Below, piece after piece: positions 10,348 through 20,254 of a DNA stretch of 64,000 nt. Origin of the DNA: an uncultured Alphaproteobacteria bacterium (lineage in GTDB: Bacteria > Pseudomonadota > Alphaproteobacteria > Caulobacterales > Hyphomonadaceae). A program made the translations under genes and the position numbers. The stretch lies in assembly GCA_903831255.1 (NCBI GenBank), contig CAIKWZ010000075.1:119584-183583 (forward strand), in the 5' to 3' direction. Each line of letters begins with the position of its first letter. Position 1 is the first letter of the stretch. The notes under the pieces are model-generated. The model was not told where the DNA came from and did not search any database. It was given only the letters and a program-made list of their open reading frames with translations.

Positions 10348-11115
10348 TCAACTTGCAGTCCCGTCCTCAGTCTTTGGACGATGGTCGTCAATCGAATGAC
10401 CAGCGTGGAGCCAGTCGACAGGCCAGAGAGGCCGAAACCCAGCGACCCGCCCCAGCTCTCTCATCCAGACGCGGGAAAGACGACCTTCCCTGAGACAAGC
10501 ATGTATCACACGCTCGCGCCCCAAGGCCATGCCCAATTCAGCCCCGGAGAAACATCCGACAAGTTCAGGAAGACGCCGCACCGCGACGTCCCTCTCGCCA
10601 CCATGAACCGCCCTCAGCAGCGCCAGAAGCTTGCCTCGTCCATCCGCCGAACCGTCGGAAGCCTCAATCAGACAAGCAGGCCGCTCTGAACGGATCGTCT
10701 CACGAACCTGTTCGAAACCGATCACCAGATCGCCAGCCTTTTTTGTCATCCCCAGATAATCCAGCGCCCGCCTCGACAAAAGCTCCGAGACCGTCGCTGC
10801 AAGACCCGGAGAGGTTCGGACGCTCTGCCGAAAAGCCCGGGAGAAAATCCCTCTCGCCTGCGCCAGGTCGATCGCAGATGAGTTTGCACAGACCCAAGCT
10901 CCTCGCCCTGGAAGTCGGCAGGCGATATCGGGCGTGACCTCCCCTTCGGGCGACAAAACAAAACGAATCATCTCGTCGCGAGGAAAGCGATCCTGCCGGA
11001 CGATACACCGCCTCTCGACCCCCTCTCCCGCACGAGGCGGCCCTGCGTCAGTCTCGAGATCGGCAGATGCTTCGCTCAATACGACCCCTTCAGGATCCAG
11101 AGTTGCCTGCGTCAT
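10348..11115 (-). CDS. YlxR/DUF448-type RNA-binding protein with C-terminal L7Ae-like region
   Basis: RRCIVRQDRFPRDEMIRFVLSP...RLPGRGAWVC (DUF448 signature), then GMTKKAGDLVIGFEQV. Conserved position between nusA and infB. The start overlaps the nusA 3' end by 26 nt. Confidence 0.8.
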   Translation of the reverse strand: MTQATLDPEGVVLSEASADLETDAGPPRAGEGVERRCIVRQDRFPRDEMIRFVLSPEGEVTPDIACRLPGRGAWVCANSSAIDLAQARGIFSRAFRQSVRTSPGLAATVSELLSRRALDYLGMTKKAGDLVIGFEQVRETIRSERPACLIEASDGSADGRGKLLALLRAVHGGERDVAVRRLPELVGCFSGAELGMALGRERVIHACLREGRLSRVWMRELGRVAGFRPLWPVDWLHAGHSIDDHRPKTEDGTAS

Positions 11116-12802
11116 CCGGGCCCCTCAGATTGAATAGCCCTTCGCCTCGCGCCCTGATGTCCTCGGCCTGACCGCTGGCGTTCAACTCCGCCTCTTCAGC
11201 ATCCAGCGCCGCCGCCCTAACCGCCAGAGCATCTTCCAGGGCCTTGGGCTCAACCCAGCCCGCAATCACCCGTGCCTTGAGGATGAACAACTCGGCATCC
11301 TCCCTCGTCATCTCCCCCTTTGCGAGGAGTCCGGGCTGAAACTTGGGCTTTCCGTCAGGCCCCGGCTCCTTCCAGCCGACGAGATCATCGGGCACGAGCC
11401 CTGCCAGATCATCGATCGTCTTGACGCCGTTCTCTCCAAACTTGACGGCCATCGCTGACGTTACGCCATCCATGAACGCAACCTCGTCCGTAACGCCAAG
11501 CTCTCGTCGACGGGCGTCTTGCTCCGCCGTAAGCCTTTCGAGGTACTCGCGGGCGCGCTCCTGAAGCTCGGAGGCGACTTCCTCGTCAAAGCCCTCGATG
11601 ACCGAAAGGCTGTCAATCTCAACGTATGCGATTTCCTCAACAGTCTCGAACCCTTCCGAGGCCAGCAACTGAGCGAGGGTTTCATCCGCATCAAGAGCGC
11701 GAACAAACAGATCGGTACGCTCGCGAAACTCTCTCTGACGGCGTTCACTGTCTGCAGCCTCAGTTGTCAGATCGATCTGCCAACCGGTGAGCTGGGACGC
11801 CAGACGAACATTCTGCCCCCGCCGACCGATGGCTAGCGGAAACTGGCTTTCCTCAACAACCACCTCAACCCGACCCTCATCCTCATCGATAACAACTTTA
11901 GAAACCTCGGCGGGCTGAAGCGCGTTGACGATGAATGTGGCGTCGTCCGGCGACCAGGGAATGATGTCGATCTTCTCTCCACCCAACTCGCTAACGACTG
12001 CCTGAACCCGGGCACCCCTCATACCCACGCACGCGCCGACAGGATCTATGGAGTTGTCGTGACTGTACACGCCGATTTTCGCACGCGAACCGGGATCGCG
12101 CGCGCAGGCCTTAATCTCTATAACGCCCTCATAAACTTCAGGAACTTCCTGTGCGAACAACGCGATCATGAACGACGGATGAGCGCGAGAGAGAAAGATC
12201 TGGGGGCCCTTCGTTTCGCGAACGACCTTGTAGAGATAGGCGCGCACCCGATCGCCCGTATTGAACGCTTCACGCGGCATTCCGTCATTCCGGCGAATAA
12301 CACCCTCGGAACGCCCAAGATCGACGATCACATGACCGTACTCAACGCGCTTGACCACGCCCGATACGATTTCCCCAACCCGATCCTTGAAGTCAGCGTA
12401 CTGGCGCTCACGTTCCGCATCGCGAACCTTCTGAGTGATAACCTGCTTGGCGGTCTGAGCGGCAACTCGCCCGAATTCAAAAGGCGGAAGTTCGTCCCGA
12501 AGTTCATTGCCGATCTCGGCCTCCGCCGCGATGGCCCTGGCGTCTTCAAGGCTGAGTTGGGTCACCGAATTATCAACCGTCTCAACGACTGTCTGAACGC
12601 GCCAGAGGCGCGTTTCGCCCGTATCAGGATTAATCTCGGCGCGAATGTCGTGCTCGAGGCCGTAGCGCGAGCGGGCAGCCTTCTGAATGGCTTCCTCCAT
12701 CGCATCAAGCACGATGCGCTTATCGATCGATTTCTCCTGAGCGACCGCATTCGCGATCTGGAGAATCTCAAGCCGGTTCGCTGAAACGCCGACGGCGGCC
12801 AT
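11090..12802 (-). CDS. nusA: Transcription termination/antitermination factor NusA
   Basis: RLEILQIANAVAQEKSIDKRIVLDAMEEAIQKAA N-terminus, S1 and KH blocks (VGACVGMRGARVQAV, AIGRRGQNVRLASQLTGW) and an acidic C-terminal HhH region. The ATG at 12802 lies 4 nt after the rimP stop. The 617-aa ORF-track form is an over-extension into rimP. Confidence 0.95.
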   Translation of the reverse strand: MAAVGVSANRLEILQIANAVAQEKSIDKRIVLDAMEEAIQKAARSRYGLEHDIRAEINPDTGETRLWRVQTVVETVDNSVTQLSLEDARAIAAEAEIGNELRDELPPFEFGRVAAQTAKQVITQKVRDAERERQYADFKDRVGEIVSGVVKRVEYGHVIVDLGRSEGVIRRNDGMPREAFNTGDRVRAYLYKVVRETKGPQIFLSRAHPSFMIALFAQEVPEVYEGVIEIKACARDPGSRAKIGVYSHDNSIDPVGACVGMRGARVQAVVSELGGEKIDIIPWSPDDATFIVNALQPAEVSKVVIDEDEGRVEVVVEESQFPLAIGRRGQNVRLASQLTGWQIDLTTEAADSERRQREFRERTDLFVRALDADETLAQLLASEGFETVEEIAYVEIDSLSVIEGFDEEVASELQERAREYLERLTAEQDARRRELGVTDEVAFMDGVTSAMAVKFGENGVKTIDDLAGLVPDDLVGWKEPGPDGKPKFQPGLLAKGEMTREDAELFILKARVIAGWVEPKALEDALAVRAAALDAEEAELNASGQAEDIRARGEGLFNLRGPDDAGNSGS

Positions 12803-12806
12803 AGTG

Positions 12807-13418
12807 TTACTCCTTGTCATCCGGCCGGAACGGGGATTCCTCGTCCAGACCATCTTCATCCTCGACCTCGACATCATCGAAGTCGCCCTCAAAATCTTCG
12901 TCTGCCGCATCGGCGGGGATAAGCCCCTCGGAGCGAACAGCATCGATCAGCCTGTCGGTCAGGACCAGATGAGCCTTGGTCATGTCCGAAAAAGGCAATT
13001 GTGACCGCGAGCCGTCCTTCAGGTGGAGATCCACCAGGCCATCACCCTCGCCTGCGATAAACCCATGAAACCGTCGGCGACCGTCCACGGGAACACCGAT
13101 CTCCACGCGCACCTCATGGCCGACCCATCTCGCAAAATCGCCGATCCGGGTAAGCGGTCGATCAATTCCGGGCGAGGAGACCTCAAGGGTGTATTCCCCA
13201 GGCATCGGGTCATGCGCCTCCAGCAGCGGCGAAATCCGACGAGACAGTCGCGCACAATCGTCAACGCTCACAGCGCCTCCGGGCCGCTCGGTCATGATCT
13301 GAAGTACAGGAGTTCGGGCGCCCGACACCCGAACGCGTATGATTTCGAGGCCAAGCCCGGAAGCGACCGGCTCGATCATCTCCAGCACCCGTCTCTCTAT
13401 TTCGCTTTGCGCACGCAC
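12807..13418 (-). CDS. rimP: Ribosome maturation factor RimP
   Basis: IEPVASGLGLEIIRVRVSG ... YTLEVSSPGIDRPL, the canonical RimP core. Sits immediately upstream of nusA. Confidence 0.9.
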   Translation of the reverse strand: MRAQSEIERRVLEMIEPVASGLGLEIIRVRVSGARTPVLQIMTERPGGAVSVDDCARLSRRISPLLEAHDPMPGEYTLEVSSPGIDRPLTRIGDFARWVGHEVRVEIGVPVDGRRRFHGFIAGEGDGLVDLHLKDGSRSQLPFSDMTKAHLVLTDRLIDAVRSEGLIPADAADEDFEGDFDDVEVEDEDGLDEESPFRPDDKE

Positions 13419-13615
13419 GCGAAAATCGACTCCCGTCTGGTCCGAGCAGAAACACGCCCCGGAATGAGAAGCGGCGGCCCGGTTTCCCGAGCCGCCGTTG
13501 CAAACGCATTCAGCTGACTTCTCGAGTAGACTATTTTTCTAAGCCTGTCGAGGGGAGTGGCTGAGGCGGCTTCAAGGTCCGCGGGCGGCCCTCGAGGTGA
13601 TCTGACGCCCTGCTA

Positions 13616-14308
13616 TCAGGTTGGAGCCAGAGCACGCAGGACGCTTTCCACAAGTCGACGCGAATAGCTCTCTGGCACCGGCCCGCGCATGGCGACCAGA
13701 CGATGCCATATCGGCCCGAATAACAGCTCCGTGGCCAGATCAATATCCCAATCCCGCCTGACTGCGCCTTTGAGAGCCTGTTCTGCGAGGATATGCCGGA
13801 GAGGGATCTTGACGGACTCAGAGAACCAGGACCTGAAAATCTCCCCCGCGTCCTGATCATCGGCGGCCGCGAGAATTGCGCCTCGCCAAGCGTGCGCGCC
13901 GTCGCCCGTCCGAACCGACAGAAGAAGGGGATCGATCAGAGCGGCTATGCGATCCTTCACATCTGCTGACGACACAGCTTTGACGTCAGGCAAGCGACCG
14001 AGCGTACAATCAACTGCGAGACACGCCGCCGACTTCCACCACCTATAGATTGTCTGTTTGGAAGCGCGCGCGTTCCGAGCCACCCGATCAACCGAAAAGG
14101 CCCGCCATCCGTGCTCGCTCAGCTCTACAAAGGCGGCGTCAAGCACTGCGACTGTCGACGCCTCACTTCGTTTGGGCCCGACCCGACGCTTGTCAGTGTC
14201 CTGGACGCCGGCGTCGACCAGCTCGATTTCAGGTTCAGAATTAACCATAAGGGCCTCCGAACGCATTGCCGGACGAGACGAGGAGACAGTCCGTTCCTTG
14301 TCCGGCAA
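13616..14308 (-). CDS. TetR/AcrR-family transcriptional regulator
   Basis: N-terminal HTH VLDAAFVELSEHGWRAFSVDRVARNARASKQTIYRWWKS. Divergent from the carbonic anhydrase gene. The exact start is uncertain. Confidence 0.8.
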   Translation of the reverse strand: MPDKERTVSSSRPAMRSEALMVNSEPEIELVDAGVQDTDKRRVGPKRSEASTVAVLDAAFVELSEHGWRAFSVDRVARNARASKQTIYRWWKSAACLAVDCTLGRLPDVKAVSSADVKDRIAALIDPLLLSVRTGDGAHAWRGAILAAADDQDAGEIFRSWFSESVKIPLRHILAEQALKGAVRRDWDIDLATELLFGPIWHRLVAMRGPVPESYSRRLVESVLRALAPT

Positions 14309-14462
14309 CTCACTTGCCAGGTCAATATTCCCTAAGGTTAGGATTTCCGCCGGCAGAAGACCATACCACCATGCCCGAAGAGTTAAGGGTTCCTTTTACA
14401 AGGAACGTGCTCTAGGGGGAGCGCTAACCTATCACTTTGAAACCCGGTATACTTCTAATCCC

Positions 14463-15125
14463 ATGACCTCTTTCGCGGACGACGCTCACGACCTCATCGC
14501 CGGATATCGCCGGTTCAGGCAAGGCAAATACCCCGAAGCCGCGAGCCTGTTCAGAACGCTCAAGGACAATCAGACCCCGGCCACAATGATCATAGCCTGC
14601 GCGGACAGCCGGGCCGATCCGTCGATGATCTTTGACGCCGCCCCAGGCGAACTCTTCGTCGTTCGCAACGTGGGCGCGCTGGTCCCGCCATTCGACGAAA
14701 CACCGGGATTACATGGAGTGTCTGCTGCGCTTGAGTTCGCAGTGACGTCGCTGAAGGTCAGACAGATTCTCGTCATGGGTCATGGCGGGTGCGGCGGCAT
14801 GGCGGCATGTCTGGCGGCCGAGACGCACCAGCCCGTCGGACACTTTATCGCCCCGTGGGTTGAGATCGCATCTTCTGTCAGAAAAACCGTCATTGAAGAC
14901 ACAACGATACCCGAGACAGACCGCCTGGAGGCGATTGAACACGGGGCGGTGGGCCTGTCTCTGGAAAACCTGCTCACATTCCCCTTCGTAAGAGACGCCG
15001 TCGCTAACAGGCGACTGAGCCTCGACGGAGCCTGGTTTTCGATCGGTCGAGGCGAGCTTCATTGGAGAAATCGGACAACTGGACGCTTCGAGACGGTGAT
15101 GGCTGAAGTACCCTCAGTTCGGTGA
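14463..15125 (+). CDS. Beta-class carbonic anhydrase
   Basis: Zn-ligand motifs IIACADSRADP and MGHGGCGG, plus FVVRNVGALVPP. The ATG at 14463 (MTSFADD) gives 220 aa. The ORF-track form 14058.. runs antisense through the TetR gene and is over-extended. Confidence 0.9.
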   Translation: MTSFADDAHDLIAGYRRFRQGKYPEAASLFRTLKDNQTPATMIIACADSRADPSMIFDAAPGELFVVRNVGALVPPFDETPGLHGVSAALEFAVTSLKVRQILVMGHGGCGGMAACLAAETHQPVGHFIAPWVEIASSVRKTVIEDTTIPETDRLEAIEHGAVGLSLENLLTFPFVRDAVANRRLSLDGAWFSIGRGELHWRNRTTGRFETVMAEVPSVR

Positions 15126-15140
15126 GGAACCAGCAGACCG

Positions 15141-15169
15141 AGTCTGGACAGGACCACGTCCTGTCCAGA
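15141..15169. terminator. Perfect 13-bp hairpin between convergent genes (candidate bidirectional terminator)
   Basis: GTCTGGACAGGAC-cac-GTCCTGTCCAGAC lies between the carbonic anhydrase stop (15125) and the autotransporter stop (15236). There is no strong T-tract on either side. Confidence 0.5.
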
Positions 15170-15235
15170 CCCTAGCCTTAGCTGCTTTTCCGTCATTCAA
15201 CCGAAGTCGCGGCTCACCCTGTTGCTTCGCGACGA

Positions 15236-18200
15236 TTAGAAACGCCAGCTCAGACTGCCGGTGAGCGAGCCACCCGTGACCAACCCATCGTCTCCGGCAT
15301 GATAAGCGAGCCCAAGGTCAAGATCCTTCGTCTCGTAGCTGAAACCGGCAGAGTAATTGAGCGAACTTTCCTCACGACGCGGCCCTTCAAATACCATCGC
15401 GGCCGTTGGAAAGAGACCGAACGACGATCGCATCACGCTGGCGCCGGCGCTCTCCCCGTTCCACGTCATCGCCACTGTCGCGGACGGCTTCAGCAAACCG
15501 TCGCCGATCTTGAAGGATGCTGAATAGGTCGCGCCTACGCTGAGATCCATTCGCTCGAGCACTCGCTCGCCCACAGTCTGGGCTGCACTCCCGCCCTGCT
15601 CCGTGTAGCGGTCAATTTCGAGCTTTGCAGCATCAAGAGCCAGATAAGGAGTGATCATACCCTGCCCTCCGGCAGGCACATCAAAACCGATGCGACCTCC
15701 CGCGGTCAGCAGGTCTCCCTCAACTTCGCCGGCGAGGGATTGCGCCCCATTGGCAAGAACGAGACGACGCACAGTGTCGAAGCTAAGCGCGCCAATACCG
15801 GCGTACGCTTCAACAAAAGCCTGACCGAAGCGCTGGCCGGCGTAACCAGAGACCTGCAAACCTCCGCCCTCCGCGCCCTGAGCGGGAGCAGGCGTTCCGG
15901 CGTCTCCATTCGAATAGGTCATCGCGCCTCCGATGAACGCACCATTGCTGAAGGTACGATCAAGACCCGCGGTAAACACCACGCCGTCGAGATCGGCGCG
16001 GGTTCCCGAAGCTGTCACGATCGCATCGGTGTCAACCAGACTGCGAACATCAACAAACATCGAGTATCCGGGCTTCAACTCAAGACCTTCAAGCGCAGAA
16101 GCGGCCCGGTCGGCGGCGGCCAGAGCAGACACACCAGCCATGAATGCCTGATTTGGATCGGCTGAGGCCAATTGCACTCCCAGGGCTTGAGCGCCTGACA
16201 CGGAAACACCTCCCCCGGGAGAGTTTCGCAACTTGCCCATCCGTGCCGAAAGCTGCTGCGACGCGATGGCTCCGTTCATATGCATTCCCAGAGCGGAAAT
16301 CTGAGCCTGAGCGGGAACCGAGCTGAGCGTCGACATAACAAGCGGAAGATTGGCCACAGCGATGGGATCAAGACCGTCGAAAACCCCAGACAGGGCGCCA
16401 GATCCTCCAGGAGCGGATCGGATCGCATCCAACGTCCGGGCTATAGTTCGCTGATCCGCGTCGCCATAGCTGGCGACATTGGAAAATGGCAGAGCGATCA
16501 TTTCAATCTGGAGATCATTGCCGGATACAACCGCCTTGGGCCTCAGCACCCCCTGCAGATTTGTGGCAAGCGTCGAAAACGATCCAGTCACCCCGGCGGA
16601 TGCAGACGCCACAGTCCATTTGGAACCAAAGGTGGGGATATAGCTGCCGAGAAAGTTGGCCGCGAGCCCCCCGCCTAACTGCATCTGACCTGTGACGTTC
16701 AGGCGATCCGCGGCGCTCAGCGAGGAGATATCAATCCCAAGCACACCCGCCAGCGTGAATGCCGTATTGCCAGTGACCGAGAGCGTTCCGACCCCTCCCG
16801 GACCATCGCCCGGGGAGAGAAGGCCGCCATTTACAAGTAGACCCGCCCCGCTGGTCGCCGTTGTAACAATTGAGCCTGTTCCCGTCAGCGACCCGCCAGC
16901 GACAGTCAATCGAAGGGGCGAAAACACCCCGTTCACCCTGAGCGAACCCGCATCCAGGAACGAGGAGATGGTCGTGTTAAGTCTGGCTCCGGATCGTATC
17001 GTCAGACCTGAAGATGCCCCACGGACCGACAGACGATCGATGGTCACAGTGGAATTGGTGAGAAAGGTTGTACCGGCGCTTCTGAGATTGACCTCGAACC
17101 AGCGAGTTGAATTCTGAATTCCTGGGGTGCCCAGCGTGTTGTTCGGAACAAAGTTCGTAGTGCCAGGCCCGGTCAAGGAACCCGAATTCACCTGAAGCAG
17201 AGTTCCCGAAGACCATGAGGCGGTGGACATCGCTTCGGCTGAAACGCCCGGAAGCGCCTCGACAGACGTGGCGCCCGTCGACACCTCTGCAGCCCCGCGG
17301 CCCGAGAATTCTAAATCTCCGAGGCCCCCGAATTCCAAACCGAAGGCAGATTCAGGACCGGATCCGACTGCCGTCGGGATTTGATCGCTCAGATCAATAC
17401 GTCCCGCGCTATCCGAATCGACAAGAGATGGCGTGCCCAGACTGCGGGGCGGAGAGGCGGCATCAGCCTCCTGCCCCGTTCCTCCGGTCGTTGGACAGGT
17501 TCCAGTGAAAGCACAGGTCGCAGCCGGAGACGGGCTTGGTCTGACTGCGCCGACATTCGGCGTGGCGCCCGAAACCCCAAGGGCCGCCGTTGTTGGCAGG
17601 GCGTTCACAAGCGATGACCCAGCCAGCGTGTAGTACAGCGGATCGACTTCCTGAACCCATCGAGTCGGATCAGTCCACTCACCATCCCCAGCGGTTGTCG
17701 TGACATACTTGTACGGATTGTTGACGACGATCTGGTCCCAGAAAAGGAACAGAGGGTTCCACCCGCCCGTGGTGCCGTAGTTGGAAAACTCCGTGAAGCG
17801 AACGAGATTGTCGTTTGGGTTCCCGAGCGATTCATAGAAGAAGCGCGACCCCTGGCTAAGCACCCCCAGGGACACCTCCCGACCGAAGGCGTTTGTCACA
17901 AGAGGAGACCCAGAATCCCCGGCCCCGGTTATTGCCTCACCTGCGACAGCGGCACCTGGAAAGACATCGTGGTCGAGGCGGCAGTTAGCGTTTGTGCTCA
18001 CGCAGAGCGGATCAGACCCTGGTCCATTGAAGAACGGGCGCGTAGCGCGATTTGGATCATCAAAATCCACCCAGTAAAGATCCTGATAAACAAGGCCGGC
18101 AGGTTCGAGAAGATTGGCGGTCGCCGCCGGATAAACGCCAAGAGCTATGGACCGCTCATCGCCAAGGAAACCAAGGAGGTTCTGACCCAGGCGTCGATGA

Positions 18201-18883
18201 TAGGAGGCCTCGACAGCGCCGGTTCTGACACCGGTCTGACCGTTTCCAGACGTCCCGTAGCCGCCGATCGTCACCGGCACCAGACTGGAAAGCGGCGTAA
18301 AAAGCAGCCCGATTCCCGATTGAGCGTCGCGGCCCAGCAATTCGCTGGCTGTGTCAAAGCCGGCCAAAGCCACGTCAGCAGGCAGAAAGGTGCCTGAGTT
18401 GGACAGCGCGGCTGAACCGTTTCTCGAACGGGGATCATACCAGACCATCACAGACTGCCCGTCGGCGCGTGCGCCTCCATCGGGAACGACGAAATCCTGA
18501 CCAAACAGCCAGTAGCGAAGGTTTGTGCGGCCGAAGGTCGGATTAGTCGTGTATGCAACGCGGGCCCGGTTCCCTGCCGTATCGCCGTCATAAGCGCCTG
18601 GGGTCAGTCCGTCGACGCAATGGGCCGCAAACAGAACAGTCCGCGGATTGATGAGAAGGCCTGTACACGTCCCGCCCGAGTTCCCGGCCTCATTGCGGAT
18701 CATAATCCCGACCCAATAGGGACGGGTGTTCGCAGTGTCGACCACAGCCGCTGGTGTTGTCGAATCAGGTGTTACGAGGGCGTGAGCGGCTGGAGCGCTG
18801 GCGAGACCGCCGCTGACGAGGGCTGCAGCCGAAACCCCGAGCGCCCAGGAATTGCGCCGATTGCGGCCTGTAGAAGCGGTCAT
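15236..18883 (-). CDS. Autotransporter (type Va) with N-terminal trypsin-fold S1 serine protease passenger
   Basis: The ATG at 18883 lies 8 nt after AGGAG, with signal peptide ...GGLASAPAAHA|L. S1 triad motifs: VLFAAHCV (His), PADVALAG (Asp), GAGDSGSPL (Ser). The middle is Gly/Ser/Thr-rich with beta-helix-like repeats. The C-terminal roughly 280 aa form a barrel ending SLSWRF. Confidence 0.85.
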   Translation of the reverse strand: MTASTGRNRRNSWALGVSAAALVSGGLASAPAAHALVTPDSTTPAAVVDTANTRPYWVGIMIRNEAGNSGGTCTGLLINPRTVLFAAHCVDGLTPGAYDGDTAGNRARVAYTTNPTFGRTNLRYWLFGQDFVVPDGGARADGQSVMVWYDPRSRNGSAALSNSGTFLPADVALAGFDTASELLGRDAQSGIGLLFTPLSSLVPVTIGGYGTSGNGQTGVRTGAVEASYHRRLGQNLLGFLGDERSIALGVYPAATANLLEPAGLVYQDLYWVDFDDPNRATRPFFNGPGSDPLCVSTNANCRLDHDVFPGAAVAGEAITGAGDSGSPLVTNAFGREVSLGVLSQGSRFFYESLGNPNDNLVRFTEFSNYGTTGGWNPLFLFWDQIVVNNPYKYVTTTAGDGEWTDPTRWVQEVDPLYYTLAGSSLVNALPTTAALGVSGATPNVGAVRPSPSPAATCAFTGTCPTTGGTGQEADAASPPRSLGTPSLVDSDSAGRIDLSDQIPTAVGSGPESAFGLEFGGLGDLEFSGRGAAEVSTGATSVEALPGVSAEAMSTASWSSGTLLQVNSGSLTGPGTTNFVPNNTLGTPGIQNSTRWFEVNLRSAGTTFLTNSTVTIDRLSVRGASSGLTIRSGARLNTTISSFLDAGSLRVNGVFSPLRLTVAGGSLTGTGSIVTTATSGAGLLVNGGLLSPGDGPGGVGTLSVTGNTAFTLAGVLGIDISSLSAADRLNVTGQMQLGGGLAANFLGSYIPTFGSKWTVASASAGVTGSFSTLATNLQGVLRPKAVVSGNDLQIEMIALPFSNVASYGDADQRTIARTLDAIRSAPGGSGALSGVFDGLDPIAVANLPLVMSTLSSVPAQAQISALGMHMNGAIASQQLSARMGKLRNSPGGGVSVSGAQALGVQLASADPNQAFMAGVSALAAADRAASALEGLELKPGYSMFVDVRSLVDTDAIVTASGTRADLDGVVFTAGLDRTFSNGAFIGGAMTYSNGDAGTPAPAQGAEGGGLQVSGYAGQRFGQAFVEAYAGIGALSFDTVRRLVLANGAQSLAGEVEGDLLTAGGRIGFDVPAGGQGMITPYLALDAAKLEIDRYTEQGGSAAQTVGERVLERMDLSVGATYSASFKIGDGLLKPSATVAMTWNGESAGASVMRSSFGLFPTAAMVFEGPRREESSLNYSAGFSYETKDLDLGLAYHAGDDGLVTGGSLTGSLSWRF

Positions 18884-19119
18884 TTCATAAACTCCTAACG
18901 AGAGGTGACGGAACAGCGAAACCATTCAGCCTCGATGTTCTCAACCGAGGTCGAGCCTGACAAGGGAAGCGCCGAACGAAATACGGACACCCGTGAGTTT
19001 TCACTGCTCAATGGCCGAAAAATCACAGACTCTCGCCCGGCGTGTGATCGGGCGGGAGGCAGACCAGCCGGTCAGAAGAAGCTCGACGACCATCTGACCG
19101 CAGAAAAACCGGACGAGGA

Positions 19120-19590
19120 CTATGGCTTATGCGGGCATTCGAGGGGGCTCTCGGCATCGCCCCCCCCGATGCGGACAATCCTCCAGCCCTCTGGAAACTG
19201 CTTGAGATCATACTGACTGGCCCGCATCTCGGGGGGCAATGCAGCCCCGTCCTTTCTCAGACGGGAATACTTCATCCCCGCCCAGGCGGTGCTCTCGCCC
19301 GTTAGGCAACCCTTGATCTCGTGAATCGCCGAATGACTGTATCCCTGCGCTCGCAGACTGGAGAACTGTCGCTCAAGACTAACCGTCTGATCCCCGACAT
19401 CTGGTCCGAGCCTGTAGAAGCGCGCAGCGATCTGAGCGCTGTCATGAGTATTCCAGACCCGCGTGTACTCTTGCATGAACGCCTCGACGTCCTTTTGCTG
19501 GCCGCTCTTTGGAGCCAGCGATGCGCACGCCGTCATAACAAGACTAACGCTGGCGACACCCCACATGATCGCTGACCGTCGACCGCTCAT
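19120..19590 (-). CDS. Secreted/lipoprotein NTF2-like (SnoaL/DUF4440-like) protein, paralog 1
   Basis: The ATG at 19590 follows GGGAGGG. Signal SLVMTA|C. Pattern VEAFMQEYTRVWNTHDSAQIAARFY resembles the first helix of an NTF2-fold. Alignable by eye with the neighbouring ORF 19787..20254. Confidence 0.55.
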   Translation of the reverse strand: MSGRRSAIMWGVASVSLVMTACASLAPKSGQQKDVEAFMQEYTRVWNTHDSAQIAARFYRLGPDVGDQTVSLERQFSSLRAQGYSHSAIHEIKGCLTGESTAWAGMKYSRLRKDGAALPPEMRASQYDLKQFPEGWRIVRIGGGDAESPLECPHKP

Positions 19591-19786
19591 CGCCAACCCT
19601 CCCTGATACACCCTTATCCAAACCACGTGGCTCGCACCGAGCCTCGACGACACGAAACCCTCGAACAAACTTTCCGATTTCTTCCCATGATCGCGGCCTC
19701 ACACAACGAGCGACCCAAACGGTTCTTCTTGAAGTCGAACATCACGACCACTCCAAGCGACCCGCCTCAATCGGGGTCCCGGATCG

Positions 19787-20254
19787 TCACTCCTGACAGG
19801 CCCTCTGCTCATCAAACGGGATAATCATCTCATCTACGACCCTCAGCCCGGGCGGGGTCTGCTGAATGCGTAACCGTAGGGCCTGATCTCCCGGCGGCAT
19901 AACGCCGCCAAACGTGTATTGAAGGGAATACCGCATCTCCACAACAGCGCTGTCCTCTGTTTGCGAGCAGATGCGCACCCCATACAGATCAAGACGCCCA
20001 AAGTCCTCCCGTCTGAGAGCGTCGAACCTCTGATCCCAGACGAGCGCCTTATCCTGCTTATCGAGATCGCCAAGAGAATACACGTCATCGACCAGACGCC
20101 GGGTATCTCCTGTGTTGAAAGCGTCCACGTATAGCTTGATCAGCGCGCGGACTTCAGGCTCCTCCGGCGCAGCATACGCAAACGGCGCAACAAGAAGGCT
20201 GATAGACGAGAGAACGACAACCCGTCTGCTGTTTGCCAACGCGCACTCCTTCAA
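19787..20254 (-). CDS. Secreted NTF2-like (SnoaL/DUF4440-like) protein, paralog 2
   Basis: Signal peptide ...LLVAPFAYA|A. VRALIKLYVDAFNTGDTRRLVDDVY. The start overlaps the MFS stop by 4 nt (ATGA), which implies co-transcription. Confidence 0.55.
   Translation of the reverse strand: MKECALANSRRVVVLSSISLLVAPFAYAAPEEPEVRALIKLYVDAFNTGDTRRLVDDVYSLGDLDKQDKALVWDQRFDALRREDFGRLDLYGVRICSQTEDSAVVEMRYSLQYTFGGVMPPGDQALRLRIQQTPPGLRVVDEMIIPFDEQRACQE

Noticed and set aside
12803-12943. N-terminal extensions in the ORF track: nusA to 12943, carbonic anhydrase from 14058, senC from 25247, ygjP from 27401, TBDR to 33242, ubiB from 46490, udk-like to 4904.
   Set aside because: The extensions overlap neighbouring genes and lack homology-like sequence. 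Internal ATGs with SD sequences or signal peptides give canonical protein lengths.
13419-13615. Hairpins upstream of rimP (for example AGCGGCGGC...GCCGCCGTT at 13470-13499) as a nusA-operon leader or attenuator.
   Set aside because: They are equally well explained as the terminator of the upstream TetR gene. There is no U-tract and no recognisable conserved element, so there is not enough to call.
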